Made by a program: the position numbers and the translations under genes. Source: a virus (Duplodnaviria > Caudoviricetes). From it: a DNA stretch of 54,972 nt. Shown here piece after piece: positions 46,383 through 54,972 of this stretch; the first letter of the stretch is position 1, and the number at the start of each line of letters is the position of its first letter. The notes under the pieces were generated by a model. The model did no database searches and was not told where the DNA came from. It worked only from the letters and a program-made list of their open reading frames with translations. The stretch covers positions 1-54,972 of the IMG/VR virus record IMGVR_UViG_3300023179_008764, one strand, 5' to 3'.

Positions 46383-46929
46383 AGCTAAAAAGCAGAAGGT
46401 AGAGCGTAAGGTCAAGGCTAAAGAAGCTGATGACGATATTACTCATATACCGCCAGAACTTACACCTACTATTACTAAGCTTGCTGCTAAAGATAAAGTT
46501 CACTATGTCAATGGTAGAGAATTTGAAGAAGAAATTCGTGCGTATTATAAGTCAGGCAACATTACAGAAAAACTAGGTGAGAGCTTAACTAAGATTGCAA
46601 ACGGACTGTCTTATGCGCCAAATTTTATAAACTATTCTTATAAGGATGATATGATAGGCGATGCTATAGTTAAAATGTTCTCAGCTTTACGTAACAAAAA
46701 ATTTAGACTAGATTCAGGTTTTAGCCCATTCTCATATTTTACAACTATTGCATTTCATGCTTTTATTAATAGAATTAAAAAAGAAAACAAGCATCATGCA
46801 GCTTTAAACGAATACAGAGAAAAGGTTTATACAGAACATATGATTAATCCGGAGCTAATGGGCGGTGCACATATATATGTCGAGCCTGATAAGGAAGACG
46901 CGGATAATTATAATTCGACTCATGAGTAA
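46333..46929 (+). CDS. gp55: Late-transcription sigma factor (gp55-like)
   Basis: HYVN, KIANGLSYAPNFINYSYKDDMIGDA, PFSYFTTIAFHAFINRIKKE. Confidence 0.92.
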   Translation: MRKKKSNTQLKKLPKLKAKKQKVERKVKAKEADDDITHIPPELTPTITKLAAKDKVHYVNGREFEEEIRAYYKSGNITEKLGESLTKIANGLSYAPNFINYSYKDDMIGDAIVKMFSALRNKKFRLDSGFSPFSYFTTIAFHAFINRIKKENKHHAALNEYREKVYTEHMINPELMGGAHIYVEPDKEDADNYNSTHE

Positions 46930-47986
46930 AGAGCTAATAACAAAATCTAATAAAATTTGCTGCATTGCTGATCTACACATTGGTGTACATCAAAATAGTA
47001 TTTTATGGCATGAAACTGCTTTGAAATGGGCTAAATGGCTAAAAGATGAACTTAATAATGCAGGTATAAAAGATATTTTTATTTTAGGAGATTTGTATCA
47101 TTACAGAGATGAAATAGCAGTTAATACTATTCATGTTGTTAATCAAATATTAAAAATGTGGTCTGAGTTTAATATTGTTATACTGGTGGGTAATCACGAC
47201 GCTTATTACAAAGATAGATCAGATGTAAACTCTCTTTCAATATTAGACGGCTGGAAAAATATACAAGTTATTAGCGAAGCTTCGACATATACAATTTATG
47301 GCAAGACATGTTCCTTTTTACCCTGGGGAGCAAATATAGATAATATTGAAAATTCTGATATTATTTTTGGTCATCTAGAGATTGAAAGCTTTAAGATGAA
47401 TGCTCATAAGCTATGTGATCACGGTATGACAGCTAAAGATCTTTTAACAAAAGCTAATTTAATTCTTACAGGCCATTTTCATTTAAGAGATGAAAGGAAA
47501 TACGATAGTAAGACTATTGTTTATGTTGGTAATCCTTTTGAAATGGATTTCGGTGATACTGGATCAACTAAAGGTTATTATTTGTTAGATTTTAATACTC
47601 TCAAATATGAATTTTTTGAAAACAACCTTTCACCTAAACATAAAAAATTATCTTTAACAGAACTAATCGATACAAAAATGAGCGGTGATAATATAAAATT
47701 ATTAGCAGAAAATAACATTATTAAATTGCTAATCGATAAGAAAATTTCTAGTGATAATATTGATTTATTAATTCAAAAGATTTCTAGCTATAAACCGTTT
47801 AGTCTTTCAGCTGATTATTCATTATACGATAATTCTATCGGCGTAAATGACGACCAGCAGGTAGATTTATCTGGTGTAGATATGAGTAAGGCTATAGAAG
47901 AATTTATTAATCTATTAGATATTGATAAAAAGATAGACGTTTCACGGTATTGCTTAGAATTATATAAAAAGGCTTGTAACGCATGA
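46922..47986 (+). CDS. gp47: Mre11/SbcD-like nuclease (gp47; start moved to ATG 46922)
   Basis: ADLHIG, LGD, GNHD, GHLE, GHFH. Confidence 0.93.
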   Translation: MSKELITKSNKICCIADLHIGVHQNSILWHETALKWAKWLKDELNNAGIKDIFILGDLYHYRDEIAVNTIHVVNQILKMWSEFNIVILVGNHDAYYKDRSDVNSLSILDGWKNIQVISEASTYTIYGKTCSFLPWGANIDNIENSDIIFGHLEIESFKMNAHKLCDHGMTAKDLLTKANLILTGHFHLRDERKYDSKTIVYVGNPFEMDFGDTGSTKGYYLLDFNTLKYEFFENNLSPKHKKLSLTELIDTKMSGDNIKLLAENNIIKLLIDKKISSDNIDLLIQKISSYKPFSLSADYSLYDNSIGVNDDQQVDLSGVDMSKAIEEFINLLDIDKKIDVSRYCLELYKKACNA

Positions 47987-49794
47987 AAACAATAACATTT
48001 AATAAAATAAGCATTAAAAATTTTCTATCAGTCGGCAATCAGCCTGTTACTGTAGATTTTAAGAGAGGTCTTCACATTATTACAGGTATTAATAGAGATA
48101 AAGAAGATCGACGCAACGGTGTAGGTAAATCGACAATTGCTGATGCTGTATATTTTGCTATATTTGGAGAGACATTGCGCGATCTTAAGAAAGAAAATAT
48201 TATTAATAATATTAATAGAAAAAATTGCGAAATAATTTTAGACGCCGTAATACAATCTTCCGATAAAAAAGAAGAAATACAAATTATTAGAACACTCGAG
48301 CCTTCAAAATGCTATCTTTATGTAAACGGTGAAGATAAAACAAGAGATAGTATAACCAATACTAACGATTATATTAAATCTAAATTTAACTGTACTCCCG
48401 AGATATTTCAAAATTGTGTTATTATGACTATTAATAATACAATTCCTTTCATGGCTAAAAAGAAGCAAGAAAAAAGAAAATTTATTGAAGATATTTTTAA
48501 TCTAGGTATCTTTGGTAATATGCTTAATATTCTTAAAGTTGATCTTAACGAAAAGAAAAAAGCTTTTGATATTGAAGTAACTAAGCACGATGAAATACAA
48601 AAAACAATACTAACGCAAGAAAAACAAAAAGAAAATTTTGCTCTTGAAAGACAGCGTAAAAAAGAGAAATATGAGTTTCGTAAAAAGAATAACACTATAG
48701 AAATAGAAGATATCAATAGTAAGCTTTTAGCTTTTGAAATGCCCGATGTAAATGATTTGATGGATAAGATTAAAGAGCAAGAAGCTAACTTAGTTAAAAT
48801 CGATAAAAAGCTTCAAGAAACTAGACATTCTATTTCAGAAAAAACAACACTTATTACTCAAATTAATAAAAAAATTAATGCTGTCGGTACCGAGAAAGAT
48901 GTTTGCCCTACTTGCTTAAGATCGATTAAAGATGTTGATCGTAATCATATTGTAACAGAAAAGAAGAAATTTAAGAAAGAAATAGAGGACTATGAAGATG
49001 CAATTAATAAGCTTAAAAGTGAAGAAAAGCAATTTAATACCGCACAAGATGTAGTAGATGCTAAGCTTTTAAAGTTACGTGAAAGTAGAAATTCATATAA
49101 TCACAAACTTAAGGAAAAAGAGAGCCTAGAGCAAAGACTTGCACAGTTAAATCAATGGCAAGTTGAGTTAGATCAAGATTTAAAGGATATAGAGAAAGAT
49201 TCTAATTCATACGATTCATTAATAAAAGAACAAACAGACAGACTTAATCTTGTAAAAGATGAGATTAATAAGCTTAAAGAGATCATCAATACACTAGATG
49301 TTGTTAAATTTGTGGTTTCAGAAGAAGGCGTAAAATCGTTTATTGTTAAGAAAATTCTTCAATTGTTTAACAGTAAGCTGGCTTATTATCTCAAGAAAAT
49401 GGACGCTAACTGTATTTGTACATTTAATGAATATTTTGAAGAAGAAATTATAGATAATAAAGGAAAGTCATGTTCTTACTTTAACTTTAGTGGTGCAGAA
49501 AGAAAAAACATAGATCTAGCTTGTTTATTTACATTTATGGATATTAGACGTCTGCAGGGTGATGTAGCGTTTAACTTTAGTATTTACGATGAGTTATTTG
49601 ATTCTAGCTTAGACGAACGTGGAGTTGAATTGGTAATTAATTTATTAAAAGAACGTGTAGACAAATATAATGAAAGTATAATGGTTATAAGTCATAGAAA
49701 AGAGAGCATTAAAGCTGCCACCGGTGATGTCATATTTCTAGAGAAGAGTAATGGTATTACTAGAAGAGTTGATTATAAGACGTATAGCATTTAA
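47983..49794 (+). CDS. gp46: Rad50/SbcC-like ATPase (gp46)
   Basis: KNFLSVG, NGVGKST, CPTC zinc hook, FSGAE, DELFDSSLD, VISH. Confidence 0.95.
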   Translation: MKTITFNKISIKNFLSVGNQPVTVDFKRGLHIITGINRDKEDRRNGVGKSTIADAVYFAIFGETLRDLKKENIINNINRKNCEIILDAVIQSSDKKEEIQIIRTLEPSKCYLYVNGEDKTRDSITNTNDYIKSKFNCTPEIFQNCVIMTINNTIPFMAKKKQEKRKFIEDIFNLGIFGNMLNILKVDLNEKKKAFDIEVTKHDEIQKTILTQEKQKENFALERQRKKEKYEFRKKNNTIEIEDINSKLLAFEMPDVNDLMDKIKEQEANLVKIDKKLQETRHSISEKTTLITQINKKINAVGTEKDVCPTCLRSIKDVDRNHIVTEKKKFKKEIEDYEDAINKLKSEEKQFNTAQDVVDAKLLKLRESRNSYNHKLKEKESLEQRLAQLNQWQVELDQDLKDIEKDSNSYDSLIKEQTDRLNLVKDEINKLKEIINTLDVVKFVVSEEGVKSFIVKKILQLFNSKLAYYLKKMDANCICTFNEYFEEEIIDNKGKSCSYFNFSGAERKNIDLACLFTFMDIRRLQGDVAFNFSIYDELFDSSLDERGVELVINLLKERVDKYNESIMVISHRKESIKAATGDVIFLEKSNGITRRVDYKTYSI

Positions 49795-49802
49795 TATAAT
49801 CT

Positions 49803-51020
49803 ATGGTCGTTAATCCTTTCGTATCTCCGTTTGCCTCGTCACCTTTTGCTTCGCCTTTCCCTTCTGTTCAGCCAGGTGTTGTACAGCAAAACGATGTACC
49901 GAGACCGCCAGAAATGGATTTAAATAGAGCATTAAATTATTATGCTGACTATAGTGGTTGTGGTTTCTGGAGAATGATTTGGCCTGAGCACATGCTTAAC
50001 GCTAATCAAAGGATGGTAATACATGGTAGCACTGTAATGTGCTTTGATCCTAATTATTTTAGAGGTATTAAAGCTGTTAGAATTCAAAGACAAGCTACAC
50101 CCAATCAATTGAGATTTGTAAAGTTTTTAAAAGAAATTAGCAAACAGCATAATTTTAGAATAATTTACGAAATTGATGACATTTGTTTTGCAGAAGATAT
50201 TCCTGATTATAATAAGTTTAAGCCCGCATTTACAGATCCAGAGATAAGAAAAACAGCTCAAGAAATAATGAGTTTATGTGATGAGCTTACTGTTACATGT
50301 AAGTTTATGCAGGACTATTATAGAAATAAAACAGGTAATAGAAATGTAACTGTCATACCTAATTACCCACCTAAATTTTGGATGGGTAGATTTTATAACG
50401 AAAAGAAGATATCAGAAAATTACGATGCTTTTGAAAAGAGACCTCGCATTTTATATGCAGGGTCAGGAGCTCATTTCGATGTAGATAAAAGAGTTAATTA
50501 TAAAGATGACTTTGAACATGTAGTAGAAACAATTATTAAAACGCGTCATAAGTTTAGGTGGGTATTTTTAGGTGCATTTCCATTGCCTTTAAAACCATAT
50601 GTTGCAAACGGCGATCTAGAGTTTCATCAGTGGCAGCATCTATATGACTACCCTGAAAAAATTTATAATCTTAATATTAACATGCTTGTAGCTCCATTAC
50701 AGGATAATATTTTTAATAAAGCTAAAAGTGATTTAAAATTTATTGAAGCATGTTGCTATGGATTACCAATTGCTTGTCAAGATCTTTGTACATATGAAGA
50801 TGCTCCTTTAAAGTTCAAAACGGGCGATGAGATGGTAGGACATATAGAAGATGCTCTTTCTAAGAAAGGTAAATATATGAACCAATCCGCTAAGTATCGA
50901 AAGCTTGCTGAATCTCGTTGGCTTGAAAATAAAGATAACCTTGACAAGTATTTTGAACTATATAATTATCCGTACGGTGATCCTAATAGAAAGCTAATTA
51001 ATTCTATTAATAGTCTATGA
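49803..51020 (+). CDS. GT-B fold glycosyltransferase
   Basis: SGCGFWRM, EIDD, VIPN, APLQDNIFNKAKSDLKFIE. Confidence 0.8.
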   Translation: MVVNPFVSPFASSPFASPFPSVQPGVVQQNDVPRPPEMDLNRALNYYADYSGCGFWRMIWPEHMLNANQRMVIHGSTVMCFDPNYFRGIKAVRIQRQATPNQLRFVKFLKEISKQHNFRIIYEIDDICFAEDIPDYNKFKPAFTDPEIRKTAQEIMSLCDELTVTCKFMQDYYRNKTGNRNVTVIPNYPPKFWMGRFYNEKKISENYDAFEKRPRILYAGSGAHFDVDKRVNYKDDFEHVVETIIKTRHKFRWVFLGAFPLPLKPYVANGDLEFHQWQHLYDYPEKIYNLNINMLVAPLQDNIFNKAKSDLKFIEACCYGLPIACQDLCTYEDAPLKFKTGDEMVGHIEDALSKKGKYMNQSAKYRKLAESRWLENKDNLDKYFELYNYPYGDPNRKLINSINSL

Positions 51021-51196
51021 GAAAGTTATCTAAAAAAGAAATTAAAAAATTAGAAAAAGAAGGCAGATTAAGAGATCATGTTGAGATTTGGGTTGACAAA
51101 CACAATCATAAATTAGAACTGCTAAGAACTTTAACGAGTTTAATTGCGGCAATAAGCTCTGCCATTGTATTGTTCAAAATAGTACTACATTTTTAA
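51017..51196 (+). CDS. 59-aa membrane-anchored peptide (not in ORF track)
   Basis: MRKLSKKEIKKLEKEGRLRDHVEIWVDKHNHKLELLRTLTSLIAAISSAIVLFKIVLHF; ATGA overlap. Confidence 0.65.
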   Translation: MRKLSKKEIKKLEKEGRLRDHVEIWVDKHNHKLELLRTLTSLIAAISSAIVLFKIVLHF

Positions 51197-51224
51197 TTGT
51201 ACTTTTAGATATTATAGCTATAAT
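51197..51224 (+). promoter_or_regulatory. Sigma70-like promoter TTGTAC-N16-TATAAT for DNA polymerase
   Basis: 6 nt before GTG 51231. Confidence 0.65.
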
Positions 51225-51230
51225 AATTTT

Positions 51231-53810
51231 GTGTATAGGAACGTTGCATATTTACCTAAAGATCAGTTAATGCGCTTATTTACTTGGGATGAAAGCGGTA
51301 AGCGTATTTCATATGATACTACTTTTGAACCATATATATTTCTTGAAACGAATAATCATAGTGATTGTAAAAGCATTTTTAATACACCTTTAAAAAGAAA
51401 ACGTTTTAAAAACCAGGCTGAAAGAGCTCGTTATTTAAAAGACAACAAAATAACGAGAGTATTTGAAAACATTAATATTCAACAGCAATTTTTAATAGAT
51501 ACGTTTTGGGAGAAGAACGAAGAGGCTGAATTTACAAAGCATCAATTAAGAATGTTGTTTATTGATATCGAGACATATAGTCCTGACGATTTTCCAAAAC
51601 CTGACGACCCCCAGCATACTATTAATATTATAACCGTTTACGATACTTTACGTAAGCAGTTTATAACTTGGGGATTAAAACCTTATCATAATAAAAGAGA
51701 AGGGGTAACTTATATTTACTGTAAGACCGAGAAAGACCTTCTTAATAAGTTTATAAGTTATTTTACTTCTGATTATCCTGATATTTTATCTGGTTGGAAT
51801 AGCGAATTTTTTGATGTACCGTATATTATTAATAGAATAACAAAAATTTTAGGTGAAGATGAAACTAGAAAACTTTCACCAGTCGGTTATATAAGACCAA
51901 TTCAATTTACAGGCAGGTTCGGTCGCGAACAAGTTCATTGGCATATTGAAGGTGTTTCGTGTGTCGATTATCTAGACATTTATAAAAGATTTTGCCCTGT
52001 ATTACGCGAATCATATAAATTAGATAATATCGGTGAAATTGAATTAGGCGAAAATAAGATTGATTACGGCGATACAAATTTGACAAGCTTAGCTGATGAT
52101 AATTGGGAAATGTTTGTTGATTATAATATTCAAGACGTTAACTTGCTAGTGAGATTAGAACAGAAACTACAGTATCTAGAGTTATTACGTATGATTGCTT
52201 ATGCCGGTCTTACTACGTTTGAAGGTGCTTTGGGATCACTTTCTGTTATTACCGGTCTTTGTGCAATTAAAGCAAGAAGTAAAAATCAACGAATTCCGAC
52301 TTTTAACAAATCAACTTTTAGTGACGAACAAAATGCTGGTGCGTATGTGGCTGACCCGCAAAAAGGGTTTAAAGAACATATTGTATCGTTTGATGCTAAT
52401 AGCCTATACCCCAACGTGATGATTACTCTGAATCTATCTCCCGAAACAAAAGTTGGTAGTATTGTAGATAAAAACGATAAAGAAATAACAATTAAACATG
52501 TCAACGGACAAACGTTTACTTTAACACATAATCATTTTGTTGATTTTCTTAAAAAAGAAGAGATAGCTATCTCGAAAGCTAAAGTGCTATTTACACAAAA
52601 AGAAAAAGGCATTATTCCCTCTATTGTCGATCATTACTATAAAAAGCGTGTTGAAATTAAGAAAAAGCTTGCAGCGTTAAAGAAAAAGAAATCAGAAATT
52701 TCTAAAGAAGAAGCTGATGAATTTAAACACGAAATAGATAATCTTAATATTACTCAGCATACTATTAAGATTTTAATCAATACAATCTATGGTTATTTCG
52801 GTAATAAGCATAGTCCACTCGGTGATGATGAGCTAGCAGAATCGATTACATTAACAGGACAAGCTGTAATTAAAGAATCTAATAGATTATTGGAAGAATA
52901 TATAAAAAGTAAAGCAGGGTTAACAGATGAAGAAATGTTAAAAGATAGCCCTATTATCTATAACGATACAGACAGCTCATACATATCGATCAAACATATT
53001 GTCGATAAAACGGGTCTTAGAATGTTTAATAATAGAGGAAAAATTTCTCAAGAATATTATAAACAAGTTCAGGATATTGAAGATTATTTAAATGAAAAAA
53101 TTAAAGTATGGGGTGCACAAGCATTAGGCTCAAAAGATTGTAGATTTGTTTTTAAGAGAGAGGCTATTGCAGACTCCGGACTTTTTTTACAGAAAAAGCG
53201 ATATGTTCTTCATGTTTTAGATGAAGAAGGTATACCATGCGATAAATTTAAATACACTGGTGTAGAAGTTGTCCGGACAACTATGCCCACGCCTATCAAA
53301 CCGTACGTAAAAAAGATTATCGAGACAATGCTGTTAAAACGCGATCTTGCAGAAACAAATAAAATTTTTAACGAAACATATGACATTTTTAAGCAATTAC
53401 CGGTTGAGGATATTGCCTTTGTCATGGGCATTAAAGGATATGAAAAATATGCTAGTCAGTGCGACGGGTTTAAAACAGCTAAACATATGCCTATTCACGT
53501 TAAAGCAGCATATTTTTATAATATTTTACTAGACCGATTTAATACTGGCAAAAAATATGAAAAGATAGCTTCTGGCGATAAGGTTCGTTATTTCTACACT
53601 AGACAGCCCAATAAGTTTGGCCTTTCTGCTATAGGGTACAAATATACTTTTCCAAAAGAATTTAGCGAAACATTTCAGCCGGATCATGAAATGATGTTTG
53701 AAAAAATTATTTTTTCAGTTATTGAAAGATTTTATGACGCTGTAGGTTGGAAATTAAAGACACCTGGTTCTCAAGTTCAGACAGATCTTTTTGATTTATT
53801 AGCAGTTTAA
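51231..53810 (+). CDS. gp43: Family B DNA polymerase (gp43)
   Basis: Exonuclease DIET, FDVPY, YNIQD; polymerase FDANSLYP, KILINTIYG, YNDTDS, KKRY. Confidence 0.97.
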   Translation: MYRNVAYLPKDQLMRLFTWDESGKRISYDTTFEPYIFLETNNHSDCKSIFNTPLKRKRFKNQAERARYLKDNKITRVFENINIQQQFLIDTFWEKNEEAEFTKHQLRMLFIDIETYSPDDFPKPDDPQHTINIITVYDTLRKQFITWGLKPYHNKREGVTYIYCKTEKDLLNKFISYFTSDYPDILSGWNSEFFDVPYIINRITKILGEDETRKLSPVGYIRPIQFTGRFGREQVHWHIEGVSCVDYLDIYKRFCPVLRESYKLDNIGEIELGENKIDYGDTNLTSLADDNWEMFVDYNIQDVNLLVRLEQKLQYLELLRMIAYAGLTTFEGALGSLSVITGLCAIKARSKNQRIPTFNKSTFSDEQNAGAYVADPQKGFKEHIVSFDANSLYPNVMITLNLSPETKVGSIVDKNDKEITIKHVNGQTFTLTHNHFVDFLKKEEIAISKAKVLFTQKEKGIIPSIVDHYYKKRVEIKKKLAALKKKKSEISKEEADEFKHEIDNLNITQHTIKILINTIYGYFGNKHSPLGDDELAESITLTGQAVIKESNRLLEEYIKSKAGLTDEEMLKDSPIIYNDTDSSYISIKHIVDKTGLRMFNNRGKISQEYYKQVQDIEDYLNEKIKVWGAQALGSKDCRFVFKREAIADSGLFLQKKRYVLHVLDEEGIPCDKFKYTGVEVVRTTMPTPIKPYVKKIIETMLLKRDLAETNKIFNETYDIFKQLPVEDIAFVMGIKGYEKYASQCDGFKTAKHMPIHVKAAYFYNILLDRFNTGKKYEKIASGDKVRYFYTRQPNKFGLSAIGYKYTFPKEFSETFQPDHEMMFEKIIFSVIERFYDAVGWKLKTPGSQVQTDLFDLLAV

Positions 53811-53847
53811 TAGTTGATTTATTTCTAATATATCATAATATATCTAC

Positions 53848-54213
53848 ATGAGCGAACAAAATCTTATTACATTTATTGATCATATTGGAAGAACTATTTT
53901 GGCTACTGTTGTAGAGCAGGATAAGACTTCGTTAACAGTTAAGAATCCTGCCATTATTCACGTACAGCCTACTCAGCAGGGTCAACTTAATGTACAGACT
54001 ATTCCTCTTTATTTTAGAGAGTTTGTTGGTGAAAAGTCCCGTGAAGAAGGGACTACATGGAAGTTTAATTTAGCTAATATTGTAATTGGAGTCGGGGTTG
54101 ATAATGATCCTAGACTTGTTGAGCAGTATGTCAGATTATTCTCGGCTGCTCCTGTTGTACAGCCTGCTACAGGTGGTGCAAATGAGCAAGTAATTAAGTT
54201 GTTTGACGAATAA
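53848..54213 (+). CDS. Conserved phage protein (Sm-like fold suspected)
   Basis: GRTILA...LTVKNPAII...LVEQY; TTGATT-N16-TAATAT promoter. Confidence 0.6.
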   Translation: MSEQNLITFIDHIGRTILATVVEQDKTSLTVKNPAIIHVQPTQQGQLNVQTIPLYFREFVGEKSREEGTTWKFNLANIVIGVGVDNDPRLVEQYVRLFSAAPVVQPATGGANEQVIKLFDE

Positions 54214-54255
54214 TTTTTTACTTGTTTTTTATAAAGCTTCATATATACTAGATCT

Positions 54256-54972
54256 ATGAGTAAAGATCTTAATAAAATATTTGCGTCGTTAGATAAGTTA
54301 AATAGCGAAGCTTCAATGTTAAATGAAAACGCTTTAAGTAAAGTAGATGAATGGTTTGATACTGGCTGTTATGCTCTCAATGCCATACTGGGTGGCAGCT
54401 GTCGTGCTGGTGGTGTACCTAAGGGAAGAATTACTGGCTTCTCTGGTCCTAGTCAGACAGGCAAGACTTTTATTGTTAACAAGATCCTTGCAACGGCGCA
54501 AAAGAAAGGCATCACACCGGTTATTTTTGATACAGAGATCGCTATTGACGAGAATAGTACTAAGGGCGTCGGTCTTGATCCGGAAAACGTAAAATATGTA
54601 CCGGTAGACACTATTGATCAGTGTCGTAATCAGATTAGTGCATTACTCGATAGTATTATTGAAAACGATGCAAAAGGTAAGTTCATTATTAGTATTGACA
54701 GTCTTGGCAATTTAGCTTCACAAAAAGAGTTAGACGACGTTGCAAAAGATAAATCAGCATCTGATATGGGTCTTCGCGCAAAGTCTTTGAAGAGTATGTT
54801 TCGCACTTTAACTTTTAAAGCTGCTAAGGCTGGCGTTACAATTCTTTTTACTAATCATACCTACGATGATCCAGCTGCAATGTTTCCTAGTCTTGTAAAG
54901 AATCAAGCTGGTGGTTCTGGACCGGTATATATGGCTAGTATTTTAGTACAGCTAGCTAAGCGTCACGAGAAG
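54256..54972 (+). CDS. uvsX: RecA-like recombinase (UvsX), runs off window edge
   Basis: Manual translation: MSKDLNKIFASLDK...DTGCYALNAILGG...GRITGFSGPSQTGKT...FDTE...IDSLGNL...TNHTY. Confidence 0.93.
   Translation, partial: MSKDLNKIFASLDKLNSEASMLNENALSKVDEWFDTGCYALNAILGGSCRAGGVPKGRITGFSGPSQTGKTFIVNKILATAQKKGITPVIFDTEIAIDENSTKGVGLDPENVKYVPVDTIDQCRNQISALLDSIIENDAKGKFIISIDSLGNLASQKELDDVAKDKSASDMGLRAKSLKSMFRTLTFKAAKAGVTILFTNHTYDDPAAMFPSLVKNQAGGSGPVYMASILVQLAKRHEK

Noticed and set aside
54347-54592. 81-aa ORF in the track
   Set aside because: Wrong frame; the region encodes UvsX from 54256, omitted from the track because it lacks a stop in the window
1-54972. tRNAs, CRISPR arrays, introns/inteins, stop-codon reassignment
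   Set aside because: None recognised by eye; core genes (nrdA, gp43, gp46, gp20) are full length and uninterrupted in code 11, and TAA, TAG and TGA all serve as stops

Overview
AT-rich fragment of a large T4-like (myovirus) phage genome in the standard genetic code. It carries head/neck genes (gp23, gp22, gp21, gp20, gp13, gp15, gp4), a gp5-like baseplate spike, and replication/recombination genes (gp43, gp46/47, gp55, uvsW/X/Y, gp62, DinG-like helicase). It also carries nrdAB, guaC, phoH, a GroES-like co-chaperonin and a glycosyltransferase cluster. Four things stand out. (1) An 85-aa late gene carries a 20/21-identical copy of the major capsid N-arm peptide, with 11 synonymously recoded codons, so it looks like a selected capsid-arm mimic. 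(2) A 7-deazaguanine DNA-modification pathway (folE, queD, queE, queF, DpdA-like transglycosylase, PurN-like formyltransferase, Nmad1 protein, two P-loop kinases) probably makes formyl-preQ1 DNA; queC is not in the window. (3) Transcripts look largely leaderless: TAAATA-N5-start recurs 16 times and TTGnnn-N16-TAnnnT-N6-8-start 11 times. (4) A late operon encodes putatively head-packaged enzymes (nuclease-like, ligase-like, HxGH nucleotidyltransferase). All family calls come from motif recognition by eye, not database searches.
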